From the human T2T-CHM13v2.0 reference genome, Homo sapiens: a stretch of DNA of 64,000 nucleotides. The notes beneath the pieces are model-generated. The model was not told where the DNA came from and made no database searches. It saw only the letters and a list, made by a program, of their open reading frames with translations. Position numbers and translations under genes: made by a program. The number at the start of each line of letters is the position of its first letter. Position 1 is the stretch's first letter. The DNA lies in NCBI RefSeq assembly GCF_009914755.1, contig NC_060942.1. The stretch is one strand, 5' to 3'. This document shows positions 1 to 16,988 of this stretch, in pieces.

Positions 1-2744
1 ATCCTTGACTCATGAAGTATCTTTTGCAATAGTTGCTGAAAGCCTTTTGACTATAAATGCTGTTTTCTTCAGAATGAAGTAGAACAAAGCATTTTATGCA
101 AATGAACCTATTTCAGTTCTATTGATAACGATATAACTTGCTTTTATTCAGTAAATGAAGAAGAGAATCTGAAGATGAATAAAATTTACTACGAGTATCT
201 GCAGATCAGGATCTGAAAGTTAATTTAACCTTCATTTCCCATTTTGGAGAGAATTATAATCATGCAAAAATTTGGTTCTTACATTTGCCTGGCTGATATT
301 CAAGGGGAATTTAGAAATAGACCTTTTCAGTAAATTTAGTATTGTCCTTTATATCATAGACAATGTTAAGGATGGCAACATCTCTCATTGCTATAGGACA
401 TTCTCTTTTGTCAGATAAACTAGTGCTAACCTCTGAGGGGACTGATTCTTTAATTCGTTGCTGCTTGTTTTCTTTCTCCATGTTGTGAGTAGCTATTAAT
501 ACAATGATGAATTTGCTTGGAGGGTGAGTGAGAAAAATATAAAAAAATACAGGTTAACTATAAATTTTAGAATTATATAATTGGGAAACACTAGAGGGTT
601 ATTCTGAAGTCTTTTTAGTGAAATCCAGCTTCTCACCTTGATTAGTACTAGCAAAGCCATATTTCTACTCTTGATCAAATGTGTCCTTTATAGAGTATTT
701 GTACAAAGCATGACATAAGCATGGATTTGCAGCTGTTTCATAACCACTGTGAAGTTTCTTGGCTCTGCTCCACAGCACTGTGTCCAAGTTTCAGGAACTC
801 TTCTCAAGTACTGTGAATGTGGAAGGAGGCCACTTGTGGAATGATTTACTTTACCCAGAGTTGAGTGTTTTGCGTGCAGAATGTGAAGCTGCTGTTCAGC
901 CTGTTGTGTCCAAATGTAAGTGACTGGCCAAAGAAACTTTTTTTGGAGCTTGTCATCCAGCCTCAAAACTTACCCTCTGTGGATCTTTGCATGTTCTAAC
1001 CATCAATAGGAAATAGCAATGCTATAACTTTTCATTTCTTCCAGCCAATAATCCCCTATGAATTTTTTAGCTGATATTTTAATGAGCTTAAAACATTGTG
1101 ATTCTGACTTTAATGATGTACTCGATTGTAATTAAAGCAGTTATAAAGATGAGACAGTCGTGGCTGAATGTTCCCAACTCTATGTGCTCTTCACCCTAGG
1201 AGGACAGGGACTCAGAGGTAACAACTCGGATACTGTTAACATTTACATCATCAGAATTCATTTCACTAAATTGCCATCCTCTCTGTAGTTTTTTAATAAA
1301 GCAAGCTGAAGTTATTTTCAAACAGTAGCTTAGAAGTCTAGCAGTTCCACTGAACATAGTCCAGTGGAATAATCAGATGTAGTAATAGATTCTTCCAAGA
1401 GCATTTATGAAGGATTCCAAATAGGAATGTTTACAGGTTCTTCTCTTTGTTTACCAAGTACAGAGGAAGCTTTGCTTATGCTGATACCAGGTGGCAAAAC
1501 TAACATTCCAGGTTAGGCCGAAACCAAATTCAATCTTACTCTTTCTATACACGGTGGGGCATAAGTTTCTAAAGGTAGTTAGGTTTTACAGTGCCAAAAG
1601 AAAAACTTAGAATTTTTGTCTTGAAATGATAGGGAACCCCTGAAGACTTCTAAAAATGAAAGGAGGGAAGATAGAGCTGGTGGTGAGATGTGAATTGACT
1701 GTGAAGCAAGGAAACCTCTCCAGAGAGACTCATGAGGTAGGTGAGAGGAAGGAGCGTGTCTGAAGCAGGGTGTGAGCAGCGGGAGAGGAATGGGCAGGAC
1801 ATACCTGTCCCCCTGTGAAATGAACAGGTATGATGTCTGAATCAGACAGATGGGTAGAGAGGGAAAAACATTCTGAGGATTCAAAGCTAAGTGCTGGCTA
1901 TCAGTTTAGCTCAAGCAGGAGATCTGGAGAGGGAGCCAAGTAGGAGAGAAGCTTCCTCATTAAATGTACTGTGTATTGTCTAAACCAATGGCCGCAACCT
2001 AATTTCTGTGCATGCCTCTGACCTGCTTATTCAGTAAGTGAGAGAATGCAGCGATGAATATGGACACCACACCACAGTCTCACATTTTTACAAGGTGCTT
2101 TTGGAAACCTGAATGGAGATTTGACTTTTTTTTTTTAGTTGCTTCCATGGCAACCCTCCCCATGAAAACAGGCGCAGTCTGCAGAGGCCTGTTCTTTTCT
2201 GTTGATGTTTGTCACTACCACATGGGGTCAGGTTTGTTCTTTCTCCCTCCCCAAAAATATTTGCTAGCTCTGTGGAAAAACTGCTGTTGCCCTAAACAGT
2301 TTACCTGCATCTGTACCACGCTGTTCCTGTGCCAAGGTGACTAGGGACCTTCTGTGTGGCTTTGGCATCCCTCAGTTTCCAGATATAAAGCAGAGGACAG
2401 GTTCCCTCTACTCTCAAATTCCCATGGGCATGGCTGGGGATAGGAGAGCAGGCAGAGTCCCTCTTCAAGGACACTCACCAGCTCCTAACCCAACATCTCT
2501 AACCAGTCATGTAGTCTTGTGGCTTATAGTACGAACTTTAGTTTCTGAATCTTTGAAAGATCTTAAGCTTTTGATACTTGAAAATGAGACTCTGAGGCTC
2601 ATAAACATTTCTTCAGGGTTTTTTCTCTGCCATGGGCTTACAAGTTGATTTTGAAACTCCGAAGTTGAACATTCATTCTTTTCTTCCTCTCTTGCATTCC
2701 TGCCCCATGCTGAAAACTCAGCGAGTAAAGAAGGTTCAGCAGGT

Positions 2745-3290
2745 GTGTGTGGCAGGTTTTCCAAAGTGGGTTACTACAATCTCTCCCATCCCACAGGTTT
2801 TCTTGCAGTGTGAGATTGACATTCCTCCTAGTTATGTTACCAGTGGTGTTGATAGCCCTTCCTCTTGAATCTGGGTGGAACTTTGTGGCAGCCCTGACCA
2901 GCAAAATACAATGGAAGTGATGCTCTGTGACTTCCAAGACTAGGTTTTAAAACTGCCATGCCCTTCTGCCTGCTCATTAGGGATGCTTGTGCTAGGAACC
3001 CAGCCACCATGCTGTGAGGAGCCCAGGCCACATGGGGAAGCCTTGCATAGGTGTTCCAACCAGAGCCCCAGCTGAGGCCCCAATTAAAAGGCAACGTCAG
3101 CCACCAGTCATGAGACTGAGGAAGCCTTTATGAAGACTTCAGCAGTCAGTCACCTTCCAACCATAGCTACATGAGAGACCATGGGTGACAACCACCTAGC
3201 CAAGCCCAGTCAACCTCCAGAATGACAAGAGATAATAATAAAATGATTATTGCTATTTTAATCCACCAAGTTTAGAGTCACAATAGAGAA
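2745..3290 (+). mobile_element. MaLR LTR (MLT1F/G/H-like), old
   Basis: MLT1-type motifs: ccttgaatctggg-like, gaagtgatgctctgtgacttc, cagccaccatgctgtgagga, cccagtcaacc. Confidence 0.65.
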
Positions 3291-3294
3291 CCAA

Positions 3295-3852
3295 CAGGGT
3301 TTTTCTGTTATCTGTTAATGCATAACAGCCTACCACAAAACATATTAACTTAAAATAACCATTTGTCCTACATTATGGTTTTGTGGACCAGGAGTTCAGG
3401 AAGGTCTTGGTTAGGTGGGTCCTTTCTAATCCATATATCCATATAGTGTCAGCTGTGGTGGGTGAAGATGCAGGATGCTTCCTCAGTCACATATTTGGAG
3501 CCTTGGTACTCTTTGTGGTCTCTCCTCTCTTCCCCTCCCTCTCCATGTGTCCCACCCTCTGGGCCTCTCTACATGGTTGGTACTTCCCCCAGAGTAGCTA
3601 GACTTCTCACAGGGCAGCAGACCTGCCTTCTTACAGAGCAGCATGGTAGTCCCAGGGTAGCTGAACTTCTCACAGGGCAGCTGACCTTTAAGAGACAAAG
3701 GCAAAAGCTGCCTGTCATTGTAAGGTCTAGGTCAAGAACTGGTCGGCATCATTTCTACCAAAATCTATTGATCAAAGCTGCCACCATGATTCAAAGGGAG
3801 GAGAAATAAATCCAACCTCTAGAATGGAAGGGTAAGAAAAAATTATGGCCAC
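3295..3852 (-). mobile_element. MaLR LTR (MLT1J/K-like), old
   Basis: MLT1-like ends (gcataacagcctaccacaaaac...; gcatcatttctacc, gattcaaagggagg). Recognised by eye only. Confidence 0.5.
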
Positions 3853-3889
3853 AGGGGCAAGGCAGGAACCTAGGTTTATATCTCAAAAT

Positions 3890-4040
3890 GTTACCTTACA
3901 AATCTTATTATACCTGTTTTATGGGTGAAGAAGCTGAAGCTAGAGGAGTTAAGTAATTTGGCCAAGGTTACACAACTTGTAAGCACTTGGATTCAAATCC
4001 AAAGCATATGCATCAAAACCATGAACTCTGAATTTTGCTA
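3890..4040 (-). mobile_element. MIR fragment
   Basis: Core gaagaagctgaagctagaggagttaagtaatttggccaaggttacaca. Confidence 0.65.
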
Positions 4041-6019
4041 TTCTTCTATGCAAAATATAGTAAATATATAATGTATACTATATTTTCTTAATTCCCCAGT
4101 ACTAACTTTTATAAGGAAGATAACATCCCCCAACCCCCCAAACACATACACATTACAGCTCTAATTTTAGAAAAACCTAGAGAACTATTCTAAATGACCT
4201 GATTTGGGTCATAGGCCTATCTCTGCATCAATCCTCAGGGTCTGGAGGATGGAATAATTATATTTGGCAAGCTCTGCTACAACCACAAGGATTGAAGAAA
4301 TAATTTCCCGAAAGAGGGAGGAGCAAACAAAATAATGTTCACTGTGCATGCTCTTTATACTGCAAGCCATTATTTCTCATTCATGATTTCATTGCATCAT
4401 TGAAGGCAGATAGGATCTGTCCCAGTGAGACTGGAATTGTGGGCTGGTGGGAATGGCGTGAAGACAGGCTGTGTAGAGAAGTTCATTCCAAGCATTGATT
4501 CTAGATCTATCAGCTAACTATTAACTCATTATGTCTCACATATTAAGACTAAGACCTCTGGTTTTCCTAGGGGGCTGATTCCTTTATGTAGAAGTTAAAT
4601 GGAGGCTTCTTAAAGGAGGCCCATTATGTTTTCATGTGCTACACTATGCAGTTGGACCCTTCATTTCTACTTTCTGTACATGTTGAGTCAATGTGAATTG
4701 AGAATAGGAAGATGCTTGGTGTCTAAGCACTTGAGGAAACAAAACATAAGCTCTAATTAAAACATTTCTGATGGAAACTTAGTCTTACTTCATGATTTCC
4801 AGTTGCATTTTTTTTCCTAATGAAATAAGCTGCTTTAATTTTCTTTTTAAAAATTTTATTTGGATGAGGTCAGAAAATGAGGAATTTCTCTTCCATTACT
4901 CACACTGCTTTCCAGCTGCCGGCCTCATGTTCCCTTGACACGCTGTCGAGGAGCCATCCAGAAGCCATAGCTCTGCCATGGTACACACCAGACTTGACAG
5001 AGAAGTTCCAGGCTCAGGAAGACGCTTCCTTCCAATGTCCCTGGTTGCCACTTGATGGCCTGGGTTCTGAGTAGCTCTGGAACTCTGGAAGTCCCTGGTA
5101 CCTGATGGAATGACCATTGCCCCACTTTCTCCTGACTTCCTTTGTATGTATATTAAGGAGTTGCCACTCAGCTTGCACTCTTTAATATCAAAGTCAGAAA
5201 TAAAGCCCAGTGAGTTAGTTGATTTTTAAGAACCCTAAGGAAATCTTCTCTGGGAAGCTTCTGAATCGTCTGCAAGATAATTTATTTGTTAGCAGTACTT
5301 GGAGTCTCTTCATTTCTCTTGCCACCCAACTGAGCCCAAGGTGCCTTTTAATCCCTTTTAGCTGTCCTACGCAGTCACTTCAACAAGATGCATTTTATTT
5401 TAAGATGGAAATAAAATAGAGAAAGGAAATAGAGGAATTTCATAAAATTGGACATAGACACGTTTTAACGAGAGCACTCAAATAGACATGTCTGTATCTG
5501 GATGGTTGAATTATAACAGTCTTGGCATAGTGAAAATGAAAGCAGATTGTAGCTTTGAATACAAATACCAAAAAAATGCCTGCAGTTTCCTTTCCCTCCA
5601 GAAGGTATCAAAGAAATGGACATTGCTAGCTGACGCTTACTGAGAAATAAAATAGCTAATCACTATATAAGGACAAGAAAATTATTTTTTTCTCTATCAA
5701 TCACATATACTGCTAACACCAAATCCTAGCATTTCTTCCTCCTTCCCCCTCCCTTTTTCTTAACCATAATTTACAGCTCCTCTCCCTCCATTTCTTTCAA
5801 TCTCTCACCCTCATGGATACTGCTATCCTGTACAGCCTCCCATCCCTGGGTCCTTTTTATTCTCTCTGTCTCTCAGCCCTTGTATGTTTTTATTTCCTTG
5901 CTTCCTACACGGAAGTGCCGTTTTATGGCAGCAGTCTCTTGCCTCTGCAACCATCAGCTATCTCATCCCTGCCACTCCCCACCCTGGATTCTGCATTCTT
6001 CCTTCCAGGTTAATCAGAC

Positions 6020-6260
6020 CTTAGTGGAAGGTAGACTGAGCTAGGGAAAAAGAATGACATGTTTGACATCTGGCAAGTGTGTTTGTGCTCAGCTCTGCCA
6101 CTTCCTGTCTGGTTATTTGGCTAAGTTATTGAACTAGTTACCTCCTGTGACAATTGGGACTTAGAATAGCCCCCTTTCTTGTGAGAATAAAGTACCTCCT
6201 CATTGTTAAGCATAGCACTTGGCCCATAAAAAGTATTCAAATATTAGGTGTTGCTATTAA
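6020..6260 (+). mobile_element. MIR fragment
   Basis: cagctctgccacttcc...aagttattgaac...gcacttggcccataaaaagtattcaaatatt. Confidence 0.55.
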
Positions 6261-6289
6261 TGTGATTAGAGAATATTCCACATCTCTGT

Positions 6290-6908
6290 TGCCACTACTA
6301 ACACTCCTGCAAATGCCTGGTTTCTAACTTTGGTTTTAAGCCAAGTTCTTTACAACAGACTTTAAAAGCCCTGCACATTCTGGTTTCTCTGTGATCTTTC
6401 TGACCTTATCTTCTACAGTTATCTCTCCCATCCCCACAATACGCACACATTCACACTCACTGTGCTACATACATGTGACCTGACTTCCTTAATGTTTCTT
6501 GAACAAATCATGCTCCTACCTCAGGGCCTTTGCACTTTCTGTTGGCTCTACCTGAAATATTCTTCTGATATCACAGGTCTATGTCCCTCACCTCTCTCAG
6601 GTCATCGATTAAAGATTATCTTTTCAGGAATGTCTACCCTGGTCACCCCATTTAAAATTACAACACCCTTCCTCTGCAGTCCAAGTCCTCCTTCCTTGCT
6701 TTAGTTGTCTCTATAGCATTTGCCACCATCTGACACACTACATATTTTACTTATATATTGTCTGTCTCCTGACCCTACCACATACACTTGCTCATACACT
6801 CAAGTGTAAGTTCAGGGAATTTTGTCTACAAATTTCTGCATCTCTGATGTCTAGAATTGTTCCTAGCACATAGTAAGTTCTCAATAAATATTTGTAGAAT
6901 GAATGATT
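6290..6908 (+). mobile_element. L2 3' end
   Basis: cctcagggcctttgcac motif and L2 terminus cctagcacatagtaagttctcaataaatatttgtagaatgaatga. Confidence 0.75.
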
Positions 6909-8655
6909 GAGGACTAATTAAAATATTACTATCTTAATGAAGCTTTTCTAGTGTCCCCAGGCCTGACTACTTTCTTTTCTATATTCCTAATACTTAATAC
7001 ACTTTTCATTATAACTTTTATCACATTGTATTTTTATGGAAAACACATTTAAAGCTCTTAAATTTAGCCAGATGGTATAATTCAAAAGTACATTTTTGTT
7101 TAATAGACTGAAACCTCACATTGTACAGATTTGATTGAATGATTACAGAAATCATAATGCTCTGAGTATTTTTAAATTGCATTCACATCATGTTCTATGA
7201 GTTATTCTACAAAATTAAATCCAAGCTTGAGAAAATCTAAGAAAAAGCAGATTAGAAATAAATTCCAACACAGAGAGAAATCTTGTCTCATGCAATGGCA
7301 TGTTCTGTGTTTTCACATCATGGACACCTTGCTATTTTGCTAGCAAGTATGAGACTTAAAAATTCTGCCTTTTGAGCATAAATAATCTGCAAAGACAAGT
7401 AATCTCAAAAGTCAATTCTAGAGGAGCATACCTGTGCATGTTGGTTTTGAAGAGGCTTTCTTCATCTGGAGGAAAACATTATTCACCAATTTTTTTTAAA
7501 ATAAAATGCTATTACTTAAGGCCAGGAGGTATTTGCATGTCATGGAAATTTCACCAGATCCAGAAGAACTAATAAAATCTTCCTATGCCTCTGGGTGAAA
7601 GGTAGTGAGGAAGAACCAATCTCAAATACATTTCTGTGCCACCAGTGCAATTTCAGTGCCGGTACCACTGGCTGGCCAACCATATACTTTTTCACTGCTA
7701 TCATTTTGGGTGTGGAGCATATATTTCAGCCATTGATAACTACTGTACCTGCCATTCCCTACTGGAAAATATCTTAAAATATACACATGGGGGAAATGGC
7801 TTGTCCTGAGCCAGCAGAGGTGACTGCTAAGTGGAATCTTCTGTCTGTATTTGAGGTGATAATGATCTAAGGAAGCCCCGATCTAAGGTGATGTGACAGC
7901 TGTGAATGCCTTTGACAGCAGTGATTATCAGCTTCAGTGAACACATTTTTAACCTGAAAAAAGGCATTCATGTGATGAGTAGGTGTTTCTGGGATTGAGT
8001 CAAGATTAACATTCATTCCTGGCTAGGGAATTCATGTCTTCTCTGCTATCATAGTTGAGAATTTCTCAAGTCCAAGGCAATGCAAAAATCCCTGTTCTAG
8101 ATGAACCATATGTGTTGGAGAAGTGGAGGGATGATGATTTCTGTCAATACAGAATTATTTGTACTCTCTGGCCTAAGTTCTAAGAGAAACATGATTGTGC
8201 TATAAGCTAGGGACTCGAAATTAAAATTCGAGTTAATGCCAGGGTTCAGTCTTCCTCAATTGCACCTGTGTGCTGGGACCTCTTCCTGGGTTTTTTTTTG
8301 TTTTGTTTTTTTGTTTATTTTTGGCTCCCTGTTCTCATGCTTCCAGCTCTGTATCCTCTGGGTCCATTTTAGAAATCCAGCTCTCCAAACAGGCACTTTA
8401 AACATTTGTTTGTTTGTTTGTTTGTTTTTTATTTTTGGTGGATCTAGACCTCAAGAGGGGCCTGAAAGTAGGATCAATTCATCTGATGCCTAACAGTTGG
8501 TCATTAATTAACATATCCTTCCTGTATTGCTGGGAGCTTTTTAGTACAGATAGTTGCTGATTCCCATTAGTTGCAGATACGTTAGATACACCCTTGATTT
8601 AGTATATCTCTTCCTGGAATATCTTGCTTCAGTCATAAAATTCATGTTTTTATGA

Positions 8656-11138
<2,483 letters not shown>

Positions 11139-11159
11139 AAAAATTGCAGTGCCTCCTAC

Positions 11160-12560
11160 CTGTTAAAAGATTTCATTATTTTCTTCAGTAGTTATTGATG
11201 TGTCTGACCTGAAACCCAGCCTCTTAAAAATATCTTTAAGAACATCTTATCAAATCTAGTAAACATATCTCTTTCCTTATCTGATTCATACTCTCTGTGA
11301 CATTTGACCTTAGAGACCTCTCCCTCCTTTGTGAGACCTGCTTCTCCTATGGGCCCACTGAAATCACTCCTTCCTGTGATTTGCCCTACTAGGTAAAACC
11401 CTTCACAGTCTCTTTTTGCAGGTTTCTCTTTTATCATCAGCCTTTAAAGAGTTTCATCTCGGGTCTTCTCTTTCCCCCTGAATGAGAGCGCTCACAGCTG
11501 TAATGACCACCTGTTACGTAACTTCCTCCAAATAATATGTGTCTCCAAGTCAAACACACCTCATCACATTAAGACCTATATATTCCCTTATTCAACAAAT
11601 ACTTAGTGAACACCCATACTACATGCTAGTATTTACCACTAGCATGTTCTAGAGGTACTTCTCTATGTCCAAAACACATTATGAGAAACTTTATCGCAAA
11701 AGAACAATTTAATCTGTATTCCTTAGCTTGATAAATGGTACTATTATCTACTTGGCCACTCAAGCCATACACTTGGGATTCATTTGAGATGTCTCTTCCT
11801 CCTTCATTACCCACTCTTAACTCCCACCGACGATTGCATCCACATCCAATTAGTCACCAAATCCTGAGTTATACCCCATGAATTTTACGACCCCTTGCCT
11901 CTGTTTAGTTTAGGTCTTCAAAATAAGTCAAAGAGTGATGAAGACCTAAACTGCTTCTTCAGTATATCCACCATACTACTGTCAACATCAGACTTTTTTG
12001 TTATGGTGCAAGTGTCACCGTAAATTTCCCTTCCTATGGCACTTTGTGGTTCCAGGTCACCTTCAGAATTAAGATCAAGCTCCTTAGCTTGGCCATAAGA
12101 CCTTTCTGCACCTTCATCCTTGCCCCATCTCCTACCACTGTGTTTGCCGTCCATACTAAACAGCCTGCTGTTTCCGAGAGATGTTATAACCTTCCCTACC
12201 TCTGTATGTAGGAATAGTTGCATGAAAAGCCCTTTATCTTCCCTCTACACTGCCATTCCTCTTTTAAATGACAATATAGCCTAATGGATAAGCATGTGAA
12301 CTTTTGGGCTAAGAAAACCTAATATCCAATCCTGAATGAGTTGCTTCTCTTTGAGCTTAATGTTTTCTCATTAGGGTTGTTGTGAGAATCAAATCAAATG
12401 ATATTTGTTGAATAAATGAATTGATTATATATTCATTGAGTGCCTACTATCTGCCAGGTCCTGTTCTAGGAACTGCAGATAGAGCGGTGAACAAAACTCC
12501 TGAAGCCCTTGCTCTAAGGGGTCTCACATTCTGTCTGGTGCATAGAAAATGAACTATAAA
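11160..12560. mobile_element. Cluster of old L2/MIR fragments
   Basis: L2-like motifs (ccacatccaattagtcaccaaatcctg; cattgagtgcctactatctgccagg). Boundaries are approximate. Confidence 0.55.
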
Positions 12561-12899
12561 GAAAAAGGTTACTATTATTATTACTCATCCAAGATTTTAG
12601 GTGTACTTTTCGGACCTACTTCCAAGTTTCCATTCTGACTTAGGTGCTCACCTTCGATGGTCCCATCCCACCCTATGTTGCACCATTGCTGTAGCACTTG
12701 TGTTGTAATCATAATTGACAATTATTTTTACCCTTGCTCACCTACAACACTGAGAGTTCCTTGAAGTGAAAGCCTGAGGCTTTTTTTTTTTTACCAGCTC
12801 CTAGTATACAAGGAAGCCAGTTTTAAGTTTCAAATGGATGAATGAATGTTTTAGGATATGCCTAACATGTTACTTAAAAATTACATTTACCACTAAAGA

Positions 12900-13090
12900 G
12901 CATTTGCTGTATAGCCACTGGGTTAAGTGCTTTAAATACATTATATAATTTAATCTCCATCTCCACAGCAGCACTATGGAGAAACCAGCATTATTACCCT
13001 ACTTTATCGATGAGGAAACTAAATGTTAGAGATACAAAGTAACTTGCCAAGGTCATAGAACCTGCATCTGGTGAAGTCAATCCCAGGCCC
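12900..13090 (-). mobile_element. MIR fragment
   Basis: gatgaggaaactaaatgttagaga...aagtaacttgccaaggtcatag. Confidence 0.65.
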
Positions 13091-15545
13091 CAGGCCCCCT
13101 CTTTAATGCTGATGCTTGGTGACAGGAGTTATTTTCCAATAGGCAGTTGGAGGTGAAGGGCAATGGTCAGCACATGCTTTATTTTAGATATGCCAGCACA
13201 TGCTTTATTTTAGATATGCCTGTGTACATAAGACAAAACCTAAATCCACAGTCATACGTACAAACACATTTTAGCTTATTTTTTTTTTCCCTTAGGATGA
13301 CCTGGGTAATTCTCCCTACCCTGCTGGGTAGTGGGGAACCGGAAATAGTCTTAAACTTGCTAGTTCACAGTATTACAGCCTCTTCCATTTTAGACCATCT
13401 TTGGATGGATGGCTTCATCTCTTGGGTGACTATTCGATCTCTATATATCTTTCCTTTCCCCAGCCCCTCTGCAAGATGGTGTCTGTAGGAATATGTGAGT
13501 GGGGCTTATAGGAGCACAACAGGGTTGGGAGAGTAGGGGCCTCCTGGTCTCATGCTGGTTCTTGGGCTTGTAATATCTGAGTCTGCTGAGGAGTCACTGG
13601 TCTGATCTCATCCATGGGCACTCTGCTGGTGGTCTATGCTGACCCCTACAGCTGTAGTATCTCTCTCTCTACAGATGTGGCCCTTGCCCCTGTGTAGATT
13701 CCTCAGAGCTAGCTATTTCTCCTATTTGGGCTCTGCCTTAAATGTTCCATCCTGTGGACCCACTTAAATATCACTTCACCTCTGCTGTAAAGACACTCCC
13801 TCCTGACACCCTCTACCACCACCACCATCACAAACTCAGCCCTCTGATAGCAACATCTCCTCCACTTCCTGATTATCCCCTTACAGGACGGACAGAAACT
13901 TCTAGATATCTTCTACATGGCATGCTAGCAAAAGAAGAGTCTGAGAGTGAAATTTAAGCCAACCCTCTCCTTAACCATACTAAGCTACTGATTTTAGTCT
14001 TTACTGTGATGAAGCTACACCTTGCTTGGTGTTGGGGAGACCCTCTTTATGGCAGTGGTTTCCTAGAGTATCAAATGGGAAATGATGCAAAAGGAAGTCC
14101 CTTAGGTTTAGGCTTTGCCTTCAGCCTATCCAATGTCTCCCTTCTGGGATTTGAGCCTGGAGACCTGAAGCTGGGAGGCCCTTCCTTGCTCTGCCTTCAT
14201 CCATTCTTTCTACCCTCACTTGGGGCTGGAAAGAGTGAATTCTTCCCTCATCCTTCCTGAATTTTCTGTACTTTTCCTACATCGTACCATTCCGCTTCCC
14301 AAAGTGGAATTTGCCCTCCCTTTTCCCTAGGGCTCAGCTGGAAAATGGCTTCCAGGTAACCTGATTTATGAGGAGAGGAATGAAAACACATCTGTTTAAT
14401 ATTTTCAAATTATTACCCCTGTTACCCCTGCATCTCAGAGGGTAATCACTGGTCTCTGGAGTTCTGTGGGTCCCTTTATAGTAGTGTGGCTCAGAGCAGT
14501 CTTAGAGGAAGATTTACGCGGCCCTTGGGGCCCTTCACCTGACTCACAGCCCCTCCCTTTTTAGACCATCAGCCCAAATTCTTGGCCATCATCCCATCCC
14601 TTCCTTCATGAGCAGACTAGAAACAAAGTGGGTGTGTTCTCTCCACAAAATTAGTTGGTATGATCAATGAACTATGCATTCAAATTCTGACAAATTTAGT
14701 CCCCACAATGACACAAATTATGTTTTACATACTACTTAAATATGGGATCATGGAAAAGTGATCTGTACTAAAGAACCCAGATTGAGAACATACTCTGAGG
14801 ACATTAAATATTTGATTTGTAGACTGTGCCTTTCAATTTCAGACTGTCCCCCCAAAAAGGGGAAGTTTTGTGAAAGGAAGCAAATTAGTAAGGAAATTGA
14901 CAGCAGCAGGTCAAGTAACAGAAACAGTAAGAGGAAGCATGGGTCTTTGCAAGAATGACTACACTCTCATGCCCCTTTAGCTCATAGTGCAATGTGAAGC
15001 TTGGTGTGTATCTTTGATACTTAGATATTCATCTGTGTACCTTGTAAGTCTTAGGTCAGAATTGGATCTGATTGTATAAGAAAAAAAATCTTATGTAAAG
15101 TGAGATGTGGACGAAGGAATCAACTTGTGCACTGTGGACTAACTGGAGAAGCAAAAGATAAAATTATTAAAATAATAGCCCAAGAGGAAAGTATAAAATA
15201 GGAAGGAAAATAAGTAGGGCCCCTTGTTTGAGATTATCCTTACCATCTGGGTTGTAAAACATTTGATTCTAATTCCAGAAACTTGATACCAGAAATAACT
15301 TATTACCAGGGACATATGCTGAAGAATTGTCAGGAATGACAAAGTGTTTACTTGTTTTTAATATCTGTATCACAAAATGATAAAGCTGATAAACCATACA
15401 GTGATGTGAAGGAGTGAGTCATAGCTTAATACTTTATGACACATATATTTATGCTGTATCTTTTACACCCCAATTCTTCCCTTTTCACCCTATAAAAGGT
15501 CAGAGACCACTGCTGATAAGCAAAGAATCCTTCAAAATCTCTCCT

Positions 15546-15838
<293 letters not shown>

Positions 15839-16059
15839 AAAATCTCTCCTCTCTGGAGGACAGTACTGAACATATGCAGGGTCTTTTCAGTTTATAATCT
15901 AATCCGTAGACTGCACAGTGCTAGCAATTCTGTTCACAGTTATCTTTTCACAACAGTCATCTTGGAAGTACTTGATTCTTACCTTGATTTATAATATTTA
16001 TTGAGCTCACATTACAGATCATTACTGTCCAGTCACATTGATAAAACCATGTCACTTGG

Positions 16060-16240
16060 AAGCTCCAGTTCACCACTCCTAGCTGTGTGACCTTAAGCAG
16101 TTTACTTAATCTTACTAGTTTACTCATCTTTAAAATGGGAATAATAATAGTATCTGTCACATAGCCAATATATTTGAAAGCGGTATTGCAAGGATATAGA
16201 ACAGCTTGAATGTTAAGCACTTTCAAATACTAAGTGAGGT
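16060..16240 (+). mobile_element. MIR fragment
   Basis: ctagctgtgtgaccttaagcagtttacttaatc...ctcatctttaaaatgggaataataatagta. Confidence 0.7.
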
Positions 16241-16919
16241 GATCACTTTTGTAATTCAAATGGAAATAGAATAAATGTCAATGAATTAATGATCTGTATC
16301 AGGAGGCAGCATAAAGAATTTGAATTGGAGGGTTTTGGGTAACTGGTAAAATGGTGGTTATCTTTTTTTAAAAGAAAAACCCTCTTTGGGGATTCCTTTG
16401 TACAGATGATCTCTTAATTTGCCATCTTTAATCCTCACATTATTAAAGGCTACATTGATTAGAAGGAAATACAGCTTCCTTGTAGGTTTTTAGCTTTTTG
16501 GCTTGTTTTTGGGGAGATGGTTGCTGCTATTTGGAGAAAGGGAGAAAGGCAGAAATTTTAACCTTAGTCTGATACCTTTTCTACAAGCTGGCCACCAGGT
16601 CCTTTTTAGGTTTTTCTGAAACCTGACCAAGTTTAATTGTCATGGCATAAAAACTTGGTATTGAAGGAGTTAAAGGGTCTCCCACACCCCTTTGCATGAA
16701 TCGTTCTTTTGTGTACACAGCTGCAGTGGCAGCACGGGTCGGAAAGGAAATGGTTAGAGGAAGAGCTGGTTTTCAGACAAGGCGAGTCTGCGAGGGGGGC
16801 TGCAGGGTGGCCTGGGGTTTTACATGCCAGATGTAGGCCTGCCCCGGTGCCTGCCTGGAGCTGCTGGCGTGGTCACGCCGCGGCCCTGTGCGAATTGAGG
16901 CGAGGTGATGAGTTAGCGG

Positions 16920-16933
16920 GTTGCCATGGCAAC
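16920..16933. promoter_or_regulatory. RFX X-box, perfect palindrome GTTGCCATGGCAAC
   Basis: Exact 14-bp palindromic match to the RFX consensus, ~220 bp upstream of the ATG. Confidence 0.8.
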
Positions 16934-16941
16934 AGGCTGGC

Positions 16942-16947
16942 CACGTG
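16942..16947. promoter_or_regulatory. E-box CACGTG in GGCCACGTGACC context (USF/TFE-type)
   Basis: Canonical E-box with a GTCACGTG flank on the minus strand, inside the CpG island. Confidence 0.65.
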
Positions 16948-16971
16948 ACCAGGGTGCTGCTGCCGGCGCTC

Positions 16972-16979
16972 TGACGTCA
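16972..16979. promoter_or_regulatory. Full CRE TGACGTCA (CREB/ATF)
   Basis: Perfect 8-bp CRE, extended to the palindrome CTGACGTCAG. Confidence 0.72.
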
Positions 16980-16988
16980 GCTGCCAGA

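Noticed and set aside
13300-14560. Moderately GC-rich segment that may be an old LTR or enhancer
   Set aside because: Could not be assigned to a family or given boundaries from the sequence alone.
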